Shown piece after piece: positions 29,730 to 39,085 of a DNA stretch of 64,000 nucleotides (its first letter is position 1; each line of letters opens with the position of its first letter). The position numbers and the translations under genes were made by a program. Origin of the DNA: Candidatus Zixiibacteriota bacterium (GTDB lineage Bacteria > Zixibacteria > MSB-5A5 > UBA10806 > 4484-95); NCBI GenBank assembly GCA_037441845.1, contig JBBIRK010000001.1, positions 337,284 to 401,283 of the forward strand. The letters are read 5' to 3'. The notes under the pieces are model-generated. The model saw only the letters and a list, made by a program, of their open reading frames with translations, was not told the origin of the DNA and ran no database searches.

Positions 29730-31617
29730 TCAGCGACAATTGCCGGCATGGGGCGCGGGGCCGAGTCCCTTGAAATACCTAACCATGAAAGTGACATGCG
29801 AACCTATCACCTGGCAATCTCCGTTGGCATCGCCTGCCAGCAGCGGGTCGGGAGGCGGATTGATTCCCTTTGGGTAACGCACAAGATAGGTGACATCGGA
29901 GGCCAAAAGAAACCCGTCGCCGTTGGCATCGCCAGGGATAAAATCACCCACGATCGGCGACTCGGCCACCACGATGTCGATATAATTGGAAGGCTCGTTT
30001 TCGAGAACAAGGAAACTATCGGGACGCATCGTGACCCAACTGAAATGGGACGAGTCGGTACCGCCGGTGCTGTCCTGTTCGGTGTCGTGTCGATACCAGA
30101 ATCCGCGCGCACCCTCGCCGAAATCGATCTTGCCCTCAAGGGTAACCCAGTGGCCGCCTTTAGGATTTCCAGCCGAATCCAGCCAAGTAATACCTATCTC
30201 GACATCCTGCCCCAGGTCGACCTGCCTCTCGATCCAATCCCAATCCGGACGAGTGCCTTCCCCATGGGCTGTGCCGCTCGGAGTAGTGATGTCGTTGTCG
30301 CCATAGACATCATCTTGAAAGTGCACTTCCCAGGGCAAGCCGAGCTCGTCGATAAGTTTGAGCTTGCCTTTGATCATAATCTCATCACTGGTGCCGTCGG
30401 CCGAACTGGTATTCATATGGCGGGCGTTTTTAAGGCTGTCGAGAATCTCCTCGACTGTGGCATTCCCGAGAAGCCTTCCCCGGAAGCCAACCAGGCAAAA
30501 CTGTTTGCCGCCGCCGCTGGAGCACATTCATTGGTCCCGGCCTCAACATTCGGCATTCCGGGCCTACACTCGACCCGGATCGGATAAGGTATTGTAAAAT
30601 CCAACAAGGTCATGTCGCCGATTCCACCGCTGAAAACGTATGGACCTCCGGGACGTCCCTCGGCGGAATACAATCCATCACCCACAGCGTATGTCGTCCA
30701 AGACATTGGCGAGGGCATCGCCGTCAAGGGAATATCGCTTAAGGTAGCCTCTATGTTGATCGCCGAAACGGGAATGCCTTGAACCGCTCCGATCGTTGCG
30801 AAATCGAAAATGGTCTTAAAACAGTGAGGAATAGAATCAAGATAATAAGGAATAATCGGTAGGTTTTGCGCTATCCACTTAGGTACTCCGCTTCCTGCGG
30901 AATCAGCCACGATATTTACATATTTCAGGCTTTCCGGCGGTGTCATCGTAAGCTGAACACGCCCAAGTGTGGAGTTCTGAAGAATCGGCATTCCGGCGCC
31001 CTGTAAATCCAATTGGATGATTTCTATCTCGATCGGCGGCGCCGGCGGTTGCCCCACTCTGATGAACTGGACGATTAATTCTCCTATGGGTGGATCTGTG
31101 GGATTCAACGGATCGAAAAGCGGAACCGGCTGCAACGGATTCGTTACGTAAATTGAACCATACGGCGGTATTTGGTTGATAGTGGATTCGTGATGTGTCG
31201 GGAATTTTGCCTCACCTTGAAAACCTACGGATGGCAATTCGATTCTATAAAAAATATCAAAGAAACTTTCCGCGGGATAATCGTTCCCGGATGCCTGTTG
31301 CTTTATCAGGCCTAATGATTGAGGCATGGGAATAGTACTTGCGGTCATCATCCCCATATCCGAAAATCCGGTCAGATTCATCGATACGATTTCGGTTTCG
31401 ATTTGAACCATACCGTCGCCCGGATCATAGGGCGCTCCCCTTTGTATTGAGGTCGGCCCGCTTAAAATGGCGGATGTCATGTGCGGCGGTGAATAGATGT
31501 TCAGGATCACCTCTGCGCTTCCAGCGTCAGATCATCGATCCCGGCAGGCGGGTAGGCTGATGCTGTCGCGGCGAAAACCATCACGCAGACCGCCGATAAA
31601 ATTTGGGCATGGCGCAT
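29730..31617 (-). pseudogene. Secreted papain-like Cys-protease-like protein with dockerin repeats, broken by two apparent 1-nt deletions
   Basis: AAGGAGG and ATG at 31617 give signal peptide MRHAQILSAVCVMVFAATASA, stopping at 31507. Coding continues in the next frame (31510..) to ECAPAAAANSFAWL, shifts again near 30458, and runs into TVEEILDSLK...GHWVTLEG...GDANGDG...GDANGDC. Confidence 0.8.
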
Positions 31618-31692
31618 GCTTCCTCCTTTGGTATGGTGTATTATACTTTTGGACACAGGATCAATCTCGCATCACACGATCGGCTAACAACC

Positions 31693-31713
31693 TAATAATG
31701 AATATCATTATTA
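31693..31713. promoter_or_regulatory. Fur-family-like operator palindrome
   Basis: TAATAATGA-ATA-TCATTATTA; 15/19 match to GATAATGATAATCATTATC; abuts a minus-strand TTGACA (31715-31720). Confidence 0.55.
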
Positions 31714-31966
31714 ATGTCAAATCTTTTTTATTCGGCCCTTTTCTACGGAATCGGCCTATCCCCCTCTTCGTTAGCCCAAAGCGGCCATATAAGGAAACCA
31801 ACGGAAATTCCACTGCACGGGTTAGATAAATCGGAGGAAACCGCGGCCCCGAAAAATGCATTTTATGTATCAATTGGCCATGCAGATAATACAACGGTTG
31901 CATTCGGCCTCGTTCGAACTGATTTGAATAATGGCTTTTCGAGAGATTCAGATGGGCGATTATCCC

Positions 31967-31994
31967 TTGACAGAACGATGGTTTTGCCTATTTT
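31967..31994 (+). promoter_or_regulatory. sigma70 promoter for the M6 protease gene
   Basis: TTGACA-N16-TATTTT. Confidence 0.5.
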
Positions 31995-32041
31995 ATTATT
32001 GCATTTTATCATTAAGATCGGATGAATAAGGGGAGAATCCC

Positions 32042-34669
32042 ATGAAAATCGGTTTCACCGCGGCATTGATATTCTTCGCCGCTTTTCAGATCGCTGCGCC
32101 GGTCAGCATTGCACCGGAAATCGTCGCCCAGTTGCGGGCATCAGGACAACTGGAAAGAATCGTAGAAGCCGACAGGATCGCACGACAGAACGGCGTGTGG
32201 GAGGCCAATCCGAATCCGTATCGGCCGAATGTCGCCGCCGATGTCGATACCCTTCACTGCCTGATTATACTGGTTGATTTCAGCGATATGACTCATGAAA
32301 GCGGATTCCACGCGGAGCCGTATCATTTCGATTCGCTGCTGTTTTCGATAAATGTGAGCAGCCCGGGCAGCATGACTGATTACTATCTTGACAATTCATA
32401 CGGTCAGGCGCTGTTGGTCGGCCAGGTTACCCAATGGTATAGAATGCCGCAACCATATTCATATTACGTCAACGGCCAGCGCGGATTCGGAACCTATCCC
32501 CGCAATGCCCAAAAATTGACCGAAGACGCGATCGCGGCGGCCGATCCCGATGTCAATTTCAATCTCTATGACAACGACGATGACGGCTATGTCGATGCCT
32601 TGTTCGTGGTTCATGCCGGACCCGGCTATGAGGATACGGGAAATCTTAACTACATCCACTCACATGCCTGGGTTATCAGTCAGCCTATGTGGGTGGACGA
32701 CGTGATAGCTTATCGCTATTCGATGGAGCCCGAGGAGACCGGCTCGCGCACTTTGATTTCGATCGGCGTTTTCTGTCACGAATTCGGCCATGTGCTGGGA
32801 TTGCCGGACCTTTATGACTACGATTATGATTCCGATGGCGTCGGCATGTGGTCGATTATGGCCTCCGGATCGTGGGGCGGCGGCGGCCGCCGACCGGTTC
32901 ATTTCGACGGCTGGAGCAAATTGCATCTCGGGTTCATAAATCCGATAGTGTTGCAGAACAACAGGGAAAACGAACAGATCGACGCGGTTGAGTATTCGCC
33001 CGATATCTATGTGCTTTTCAGCCGTGGTCAATACAGCAATCAGTATTTCCTGGTCGAAAACCGGCAGCGCGTGGATTTTGATCTCAGCTTACCCGGAAGC
33101 GGGCTGGTGATATACCATGTTGACGAATCGGTTCCCGACAATGACGACCAGAATCACTACAAAGTGGCGGTGGAGCAGGCCGACGGCGAATTCGATCTCG
33201 AACATAATCGAGGCAGCGATTCCGGAGATCCCTGGCCGGGCGGTCTCGACCGACGCACTTTCGATGATTACACTACGCCCAATTCCAACCTTTATGGCGG
33301 AAACGAGTCGGAAGTTTCGGTGAGTAACATCTCGGATTCGGATTCGACGATGTTCGCCGATCTTGCCATAATTTCCATAAATCCGTTGTTCCGACTGACA
33401 AGTTTGATTTTCATCGATTCCACAGGCAACGGCAACGGCCGCCCCGATGCCGGTGAAACCTGCAGGCTGCTCTTTTCCGCAACCAACGTCCGAGCCCAGG
33501 TCGATGACTTTACGGTGACAGCCCGCTGTAACGACCCGGCCGTTGTTTTCCTCGACTCCGTATCCCTATTCGGATTCATTCCCGTCAATCAGCCGTTCGA
33601 TAACTCAAACGACCCGATCAGATTTTCACTTCCGACAAATTACCAGAGTCGGTTCGTCGAAATCGTTCTCGATTTTTCCGCTCACGGCGGCGACTATCAC
33701 CAATCGATAAGCCGACGCGTTATTTTCGGGCTGCCGGAAATCACGCTGGTCGATGACGACAACGGCGCCGCCATAGATACTTTTTACACCCGCGCCCTCG
33801 ACAGTCTCGAATTCACCTGGCAACGATGGGACATAGCCAGTCAGGGAACGCCCTTTCCCGACATCTTTCAAGCCAGAGGCGTAATCTGGATGACCGGCGA
33901 CACTCGTGCCACGCCCATGCCCGAAGATTACGTAGCGGGGCTGATAGCCTACTTGAATCAAGGCGGAAGGCTTCTGATGACCAGCCAGGATTTCGTCCAG
34001 CTTCTCCAGCAACGAGGCTCGACACAAGATCTATTTCTACTTAATACGTTGCTTAAATTAAGCTATGATACCCTATCGACTTCATATGTAGCCGACGGTG
34101 TACCCGGCATGCCGTTCCAGGGTCAACGATATATTACTACCGGAGAGGGCGGTGCGCAAAATCAGCATTCGCAGGATGCCCTGGTGGCGCTCGCAGGAGG
34201 AACACCCGTCTTGAGATATTTCGTAAGCGATAGAATTGCCGCCGTGGGCGCCCAATCCAATTATCGCGCCCTGACTGTCGGTTTCGGAATCGAGGGAATC
34301 GACGTCGGTCACCCGCAATCCGCCACGCGGGCGGATTTCCTCTACTCGGCATTGCGTTATCTCGGATTTACGACGTCGATCGATGAAAACGAGAGCGCTA
34401 CCCCTACAACATTCAGCTTGGATCAGAACTACCCGAACCCGTTTAATGCCTCCACATCTATTTCATATAAACTTGCGACGTATGCGCATGTCAGACTGGA
34501 TATTTACGACTTGACCGGTCGGCTGGTGGAAAGACTGGTCGATAGTTATCAGGCCCCAGGATCATATTATTCTCGATGGAATGCGGCGGAAATTTCGAGC
34601 GGCATCTATTTTTATAGGCTTCAGGTGGGCGAAGAATCGCTGAAAAAGCGCATGTTGCTGATTAAATAA
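32042..34669 (+). CDS. M6 (immune inhibitor A-like) secreted metalloprotease with C-terminal sorting-type domain
   Basis: Signal peptide; ILVDFSD, DYYLDNSYG, VVHAG, CHEFGHVLGLPDLY, WSIMASGSW, YFLVENRQ; C-terminal QNYPNPFN...SGIYFYRL...MLLIK. Confidence 0.93.
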   Translation: MKIGFTAALIFFAAFQIAAPVSIAPEIVAQLRASGQLERIVEADRIARQNGVWEANPNPYRPNVAADVDTLHCLIILVDFSDMTHESGFHAEPYHFDSLLFSINVSSPGSMTDYYLDNSYGQALLVGQVTQWYRMPQPYSYYVNGQRGFGTYPRNAQKLTEDAIAAADPDVNFNLYDNDDDGYVDALFVVHAGPGYEDTGNLNYIHSHAWVISQPMWVDDVIAYRYSMEPEETGSRTLISIGVFCHEFGHVLGLPDLYDYDYDSDGVGMWSIMASGSWGGGGRRPVHFDGWSKLHLGFINPIVLQNNRENEQIDAVEYSPDIYVLFSRGQYSNQYFLVENRQRVDFDLSLPGSGLVIYHVDESVPDNDDQNHYKVAVEQADGEFDLEHNRGSDSGDPWPGGLDRRTFDDYTTPNSNLYGGNESEVSVSNISDSDSTMFADLAIISINPLFRLTSLIFIDSTGNGNGRPDAGETCRLLFSATNVRAQVDDFTVTARCNDPAVVFLDSVSLFGFIPVNQPFDNSNDPIRFSLPTNYQSRFVEIVLDFSAHGGDYHQSISRRVIFGLPEITLVDDDNGAAIDTFYTRALDSLEFTWQRWDIASQGTPFPDIFQARGVIWMTGDTRATPMPEDYVAGLIAYLNQGGRLLMTSQDFVQLLQQRGSTQDLFLLNTLLKLSYDTLSTSYVADGVPGMPFQGQRYITTGEGGAQNQHSQDALVALAGGTPVLRYFVSDRIAAVGAQSNYRALTVGFGIEGIDVGHPQSATRADFLYSALRYLGFTTSIDENESATPTTFSLDQNYPNPFNASTSISYKLATYAHVRLDIYDLTGRLVERLVDSYQAPGSYYSRWNAAEISSGIYFYRLQVGEESLKKRMLLIK

Positions 34670-34777
34670 ATAAGCATCCAAAAGAACTGCCCTTAAAAAA
34701 ACACCGCATGACGGCGCTTTCTTAATATCGTGCCTTGAAATCACTAAAAAGAATTTTTACTCTTTTATCCATAATCC

Positions 34778-34806
34778 TTGACAAGGTGACATCGGACCAA
34801 TAATAT
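34778..34806 (+). promoter_or_regulatory. sigma70 promoter
   Basis: TTGACA-N17-TAATAT. Confidence 0.7.
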
Positions 34807-34956
34807 AAATGGTGAAAATACACCATTATTGTCGTTCAAGTCGGGCGTTTGAGATGCTTATAGCTTAGCCAAGACGATGATCTCATAAAAATTTTCGAGT
34901 CTCAATTCCAATTTCGCCTGCTATTGCCTTTGCAGGCAGGCAGTAATGGAGGTTCT

Positions 34957-36006
34957 ATGATCAAGAAACCGCTGACATTATTGGCCGCTTTTCTATTGTT
35001 ATTGCCATTCGCACCTTGGCAACATTCGGAAATATCGGCGGAAACCAGCGATCGTTTAACCGATCGGGCGCTTGATCACTATCAGCCATCGCAGTTAACC
35101 GAACCGTTCTGGGTTGTGCTCGAGCGGATTCCCGCCGAGCGAAAAGGCGGCTGCAGAATCGAATTCGAAACTTTCGAGCAACTGCCGGCCGCGGCGACAA
35201 TTGCCCTGAACGAAATCGCCTCCGCTTGGAACAATGGTCAACCGGATCAAGCGCTGGCTTTGTGCTCCAAACTGCCGGTCGATTTGATGGCCATTCCTCC
35301 TGCCATAGGAATTTCATGGCTGGATAAAGGCGAACCCTCGCCCAATACGGAATTGCCGCTTTGGTACACGGATATCCGTATAGGCACCAGAGACAGCATC
35401 GATCAGCTCGCCTTTGATATCCATCGCGCCAGCAACCACCTTTTCGCGGTTCTGAAAAATCAGGAAGGGACCGGGCATTACTGGCACGTCAATATCTCGA
35501 CCGATCTGGGGCAAAATTGGAGCGAGACATATTCGTGGTATGGCTCGTATCCGATGACAATCAGTGCGACCGTAGTGGTGAATCATTGCTATGTAGCCTA
35601 TGGTTATTTGGGCGATGCAAGGATACGGCGTTTTGCATGGAGCAATGGAAACAGCGAAAATTTCGGTGATGGCTCAAGTTACGTCACAGTATTCTCGGTA
35701 AGTTCGCCCGATTCGGTCAGAGAAGTAGTCTTAACTTCCAATCAAGACTCATTCAACAACCGCCTTTATTATTTGGCAATCACCAATTTGAACGCCTTGC
35801 GTTGTTTCTGGGATGATCAAGATGCCTTGAGCTGGAGCGAGGTCGCCACCGGCGTTTTCGATGCCTCACAAGGATTGGATGCCAGTTATAATTATAGCTA
35901 CACTAACTACTTTTTCTTCGTTTCCTATCTGGATATCAGCGGCAACCTCAAAATTCTGGGCTGGCTCCCCGCGCTTTATCTGGGCGAAAGCGAAACCGGT
36001 CAGTGA
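34957..36006 (+). CDS. Secreted protein with an Asp-box (BNR) beta-propeller-like region, apparently only the N-terminal part
   Basis: GGAGG RBS, signal peptide, STDLGQNW Asp-box, beta-rich repeats; no C-terminal anchoring tag. Confidence 0.75.
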   Translation: MIKKPLTLLAAFLLLLPFAPWQHSEISAETSDRLTDRALDHYQPSQLTEPFWVVLERIPAERKGGCRIEFETFEQLPAAATIALNEIASAWNNGQPDQALALCSKLPVDLMAIPPAIGISWLDKGEPSPNTELPLWYTDIRIGTRDSIDQLAFDIHRASNHLFAVLKNQEGTGHYWHVNISTDLGQNWSETYSWYGSYPMTISATVVVNHCYVAYGYLGDARIRRFAWSNGNSENFGDGSSYVTVFSVSSPDSVREVVLTSNQDSFNNRLYYLAITNLNALRCFWDDQDALSWSEVATGVFDASQGLDASYNYSYTNYFFFVSYLDISGNLKILGWLPALYLGESETGQ

Positions 36007-36021
36007 GAATAGGAGGCAAAA

Positions 36022-38952
36022 ATGAAAAATTCCATGTCGATTGCAATTGCCGCCGGGATACTCATACTGGCCGCAGGTCCCCTCAATGCCGAATTGATCA
36101 CTTGCAGCAATCCCTGGGGACAAGCGCACCAATTCAATGTCCTCGCCCAATCGGCAGGCGGCGTCGAAATAATTTTCAGCCTTCACGATTATTTGCTGGA
36201 GGAACTTGTCGTAGGCAATTCGCTCATGTACACCGCAGGAATACCCGGAGTATTTCTGCCCGGTGATCCGGGAACACCTAATCTTGCGCGAAGCGCCCGC
36301 TACGTGGCTATTCCCCAGGGTTCCGAGGTCAAGGCGACTATCGTTGCAAGCCGAATCGACAGAAGATCGGGAATCGAAATCGCTCCGTCGCCGGAATTGC
36401 CTCTGGAATCCGACGATTCCCCTTTGACCTATATCAAAGATATGTCGATCTACGGCAAGGATGCGTTCTACCCGGAAACCCCGGTGTTGATATCTTCTCC
36501 CCGGAAGATCAGGGGCGTCGATGTCGTCATCGTCAGCATCTGTCCGTTTCAATACAATCCGGTCACTAAGGAACTGCTGATTTATCGGGACCTGCAATTA
36601 AGGCTCGATTTTATCGGCGGCAACGGGCATTTCGGCGAGGACCGACTGCGCAGCCGTTTTTGGGAACCGATACTGCAAAATCATCTGATAAACTACTCGT
36701 CGCTCGAACCGATCGATTTCTACTCACCCGAGCGCACGACGCTTATCAATGATTATGAGTATATAATTATTGTGCCCAACGATGCCGTTTTTGAGGCCTG
36801 GGGCGATACGATTAAAAGCTGGCGGTGCAAACAGGGCATTCCGACCGAGGTGTTCACCTTAAGCGAAATCGGCGGCTCCGACAGCGCATCGATCAAAAAT
36901 TTCCTGCAAAACGCCTACAACACCTGGAATCCGGCGCCGGCCGCGTTCCTGATTTTGTCGGATTACCCATCGAGCGGCCTCGTCTATGGCATAACTTCGG
37001 CGCATGTGCCTCATCCCGACGGCCAGATGATCGCCGACAATTGGTATGCCGATTTCGACGGCGACACCTTGCCCGAACTCCATCACGCCCGAATTTGCGC
37101 CCAAAACAACTCTCAGCTGAGCACGATAATCAACAAATTCCTGTCATACGAGCGCAGTCCCTATACCGATGTCGATTTTTATAATGAACCGCTGGTCTGC
37201 GCCGCCTGGCAGACCGACCGCTGGTTCCAGCTTTGCGGCGAAGTCATCAGAGGATTCCTGATCAACGGCCTTGGAAAATCTCCTAATCGGCAGTACCAAA
37301 TATACTCCGGAACCCCGGTGGTCGGCGGCCCCTGGTCAACCGCAACCAACACGCGAACAGTCGTCCAATATTGGTATGCGAGAGGTTGGCTGAGTGATAC
37401 GTTGAATCAGAATAATTCCGCATGGTGGAGCAACGGCACCAATACTGCAATAACTAACGGCATCAATTCCGGGGCGTTCCTGGTCCAGCACCGAGATCAC
37501 GGTTTGATTGATGGTTGGGGCGAACCTAGCTACGATACACTGGATTTGAATAACCTTAACAATACGATGTATCCGTTCGTCTATTCCACCAATTGCCAAA
37601 CCGGATGGTACGATTATTCGGCACGATGCTTTACCGAAAAATTTCTGCGCATCAGCGGGGGCGCTCTCGGAGTCAATTCCCCTACGCGCAACAGCTACTC
37701 GTTCGTGAACGACGTTTATGTTTGGGGCACTTATGACTGCCTTTGGCCGCAGTTCGATAACGGCTACCCATTGATCGATATAGTCGGCTATCCTAATCTC
37801 AGACCATGCATGGCCATGACCTCGGGCAAATACTACCTTAATGTGCATAATTGGCCTTCTAATCCCGAATCAAAAGCGGTCACCTACAACTTGTTTCATC
37901 ATCATGGCGATGCCTTCAGTATCCTCTATTCGCGAACCCCTCTGACCATGGCCGTAACCCATCCGTACACGATAGTCGCAGGTCAAGACATCGTACCCGT
38001 CACCGCTCCTGACAGCGCTATCGTAGCCTTGACGGTCAACGACGTAATAATCGGAGTTGCCGAGGCCACCGGCGGTCCGATGAATATAAGTATTATCCCC
38101 CAAGCGATCGGCGCGACAGTGTTGATTACCGTAACCAAGCCGAATTACTATAGATACACCGCGACCATACCGGTCATCCCGCCGCCGCTAAACCAGATTT
38201 ACAGCCGTTCCGTCGGAGTAAACGCAGATTATACCTCGATCAGCGCCTACCGTGATACAGCCATATGCTTCTTCGACTACATGGGCGCAAGACAATACGT
38301 GATTTACGCGATCAGCTACAATGGAGGAAACTCCTGGCAGTGGGGAACCCCGGCGGATACGTCGGTCATGTCGGAAAGCCCCGATGTAACCGCTCGAGGC
38401 GGTGGCGGGATTGGGGTCATATATCGCTATTATTCACCGTTTAGAGAGCTCCGCTATAACTGGCGGGACTATTCACCCGGCGCTTGGAGTCCGTATCAAA
38501 GTCTGGCCGATAATCAACCTTATTACAATAAGCCGGCGATCGAATATCTCACCCAGGGAAATTATGGAGTGGTGTTCTTGAGCTGGAACAATCCGGTTGT
38601 CCGCGGAGCTTATTACGATCACCTCAACATGGGCGGAATATGCAACTATGTGCCGGGGGATATCAACGGCGACGGCGTCCGCCTGGGCGGCGATGTCACT
38701 TACGGCGTCCGCTATTTCAAGGGATTGGGTTCACCGCCTCCTGATAGTTGCTATATGGACTCCACCCACAGTTTCATCTATGTTGCCGGCGACGTCAACG
38801 GCAATTGCGAATTCCGGGGATCGGATATTACGCGCCTGGTCCAGTATTTCAAGGGAATGGCGACCTTGAGCTACTGCCATTTCTTCCCGCCGCCGCTGAT
38901 CAGGCAAAATCGCATAAGCGAAATAATAAGTGAAATAGGAGGTGAAAAATAG
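36022..38952 (+). CDS. Peptidase C25 (gingipain-like): propeptide, catalytic domain, Ig domain, propeller-like segment, dockerin
   Basis: AGGAGG RBS, signal peptide; propeptide PFQYNPV; catalytic HRDHG and STNCQTG; SYNGGNSW Asp-box; dockerin GDINGDG...DVTY / GDVNGNC...DITRLV. Confidence 0.9.
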   Translation: MKNSMSIAIAAGILILAAGPLNAELITCSNPWGQAHQFNVLAQSAGGVEIIFSLHDYLLEELVVGNSLMYTAGIPGVFLPGDPGTPNLARSARYVAIPQGSEVKATIVASRIDRRSGIEIAPSPELPLESDDSPLTYIKDMSIYGKDAFYPETPVLISSPRKIRGVDVVIVSICPFQYNPVTKELLIYRDLQLRLDFIGGNGHFGEDRLRSRFWEPILQNHLINYSSLEPIDFYSPERTTLINDYEYIIIVPNDAVFEAWGDTIKSWRCKQGIPTEVFTLSEIGGSDSASIKNFLQNAYNTWNPAPAAFLILSDYPSSGLVYGITSAHVPHPDGQMIADNWYADFDGDTLPELHHARICAQNNSQLSTIINKFLSYERSPYTDVDFYNEPLVCAAWQTDRWFQLCGEVIRGFLINGLGKSPNRQYQIYSGTPVVGGPWSTATNTRTVVQYWYARGWLSDTLNQNNSAWWSNGTNTAITNGINSGAFLVQHRDHGLIDGWGEPSYDTLDLNNLNNTMYPFVYSTNCQTGWYDYSARCFTEKFLRISGGALGVNSPTRNSYSFVNDVYVWGTYDCLWPQFDNGYPLIDIVGYPNLRPCMAMTSGKYYLNVHNWPSNPESKAVTYNLFHHHGDAFSILYSRTPLTMAVTHPYTIVAGQDIVPVTAPDSAIVALTVNDVIIGVAEATGGPMNISIIPQAIGATVLITVTKPNYYRYTATIPVIPPPLNQIYSRSVGVNADYTSISAYRDTAICFFDYMGARQYVIYAISYNGGNSWQWGTPADTSVMSESPDVTARGGGGIGVIYRYYSPFRELRYNWRDYSPGAWSPYQSLADNQPYYNKPAIEYLTQGNYGVVFLSWNNPVVRGAYYDHLNMGGICNYVPGDINGDGVRLGGDVTYGVRYFKGLGSPPPDSCYMDSTHSFIYVAGDVNGNCEFRGSDITRLVQYFKGMATLSYCHFFPPPLIRQNRISEIISEIGGEK

Positions 38953-39085
38953 GAACTGTCTGAATTGAAGATTCCGGCGACCGAAAAAATGCTTTTTCGT
39001 TTGTCGAAGGGGAAAACAGCGCAAATATCCACCTGATGGTCAGGGGAGATCATGCTAAGGCACTTTATTTTGAGGAGCTGACACG

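Noticed and set aside
35995..38176. ACCGGTCA direct repeat near both ends of the C25 segment as a target-site duplication
   Set aside because: The two copies are in different reading frames, so excision between them would not restore an in-frame propeller; probably chance.
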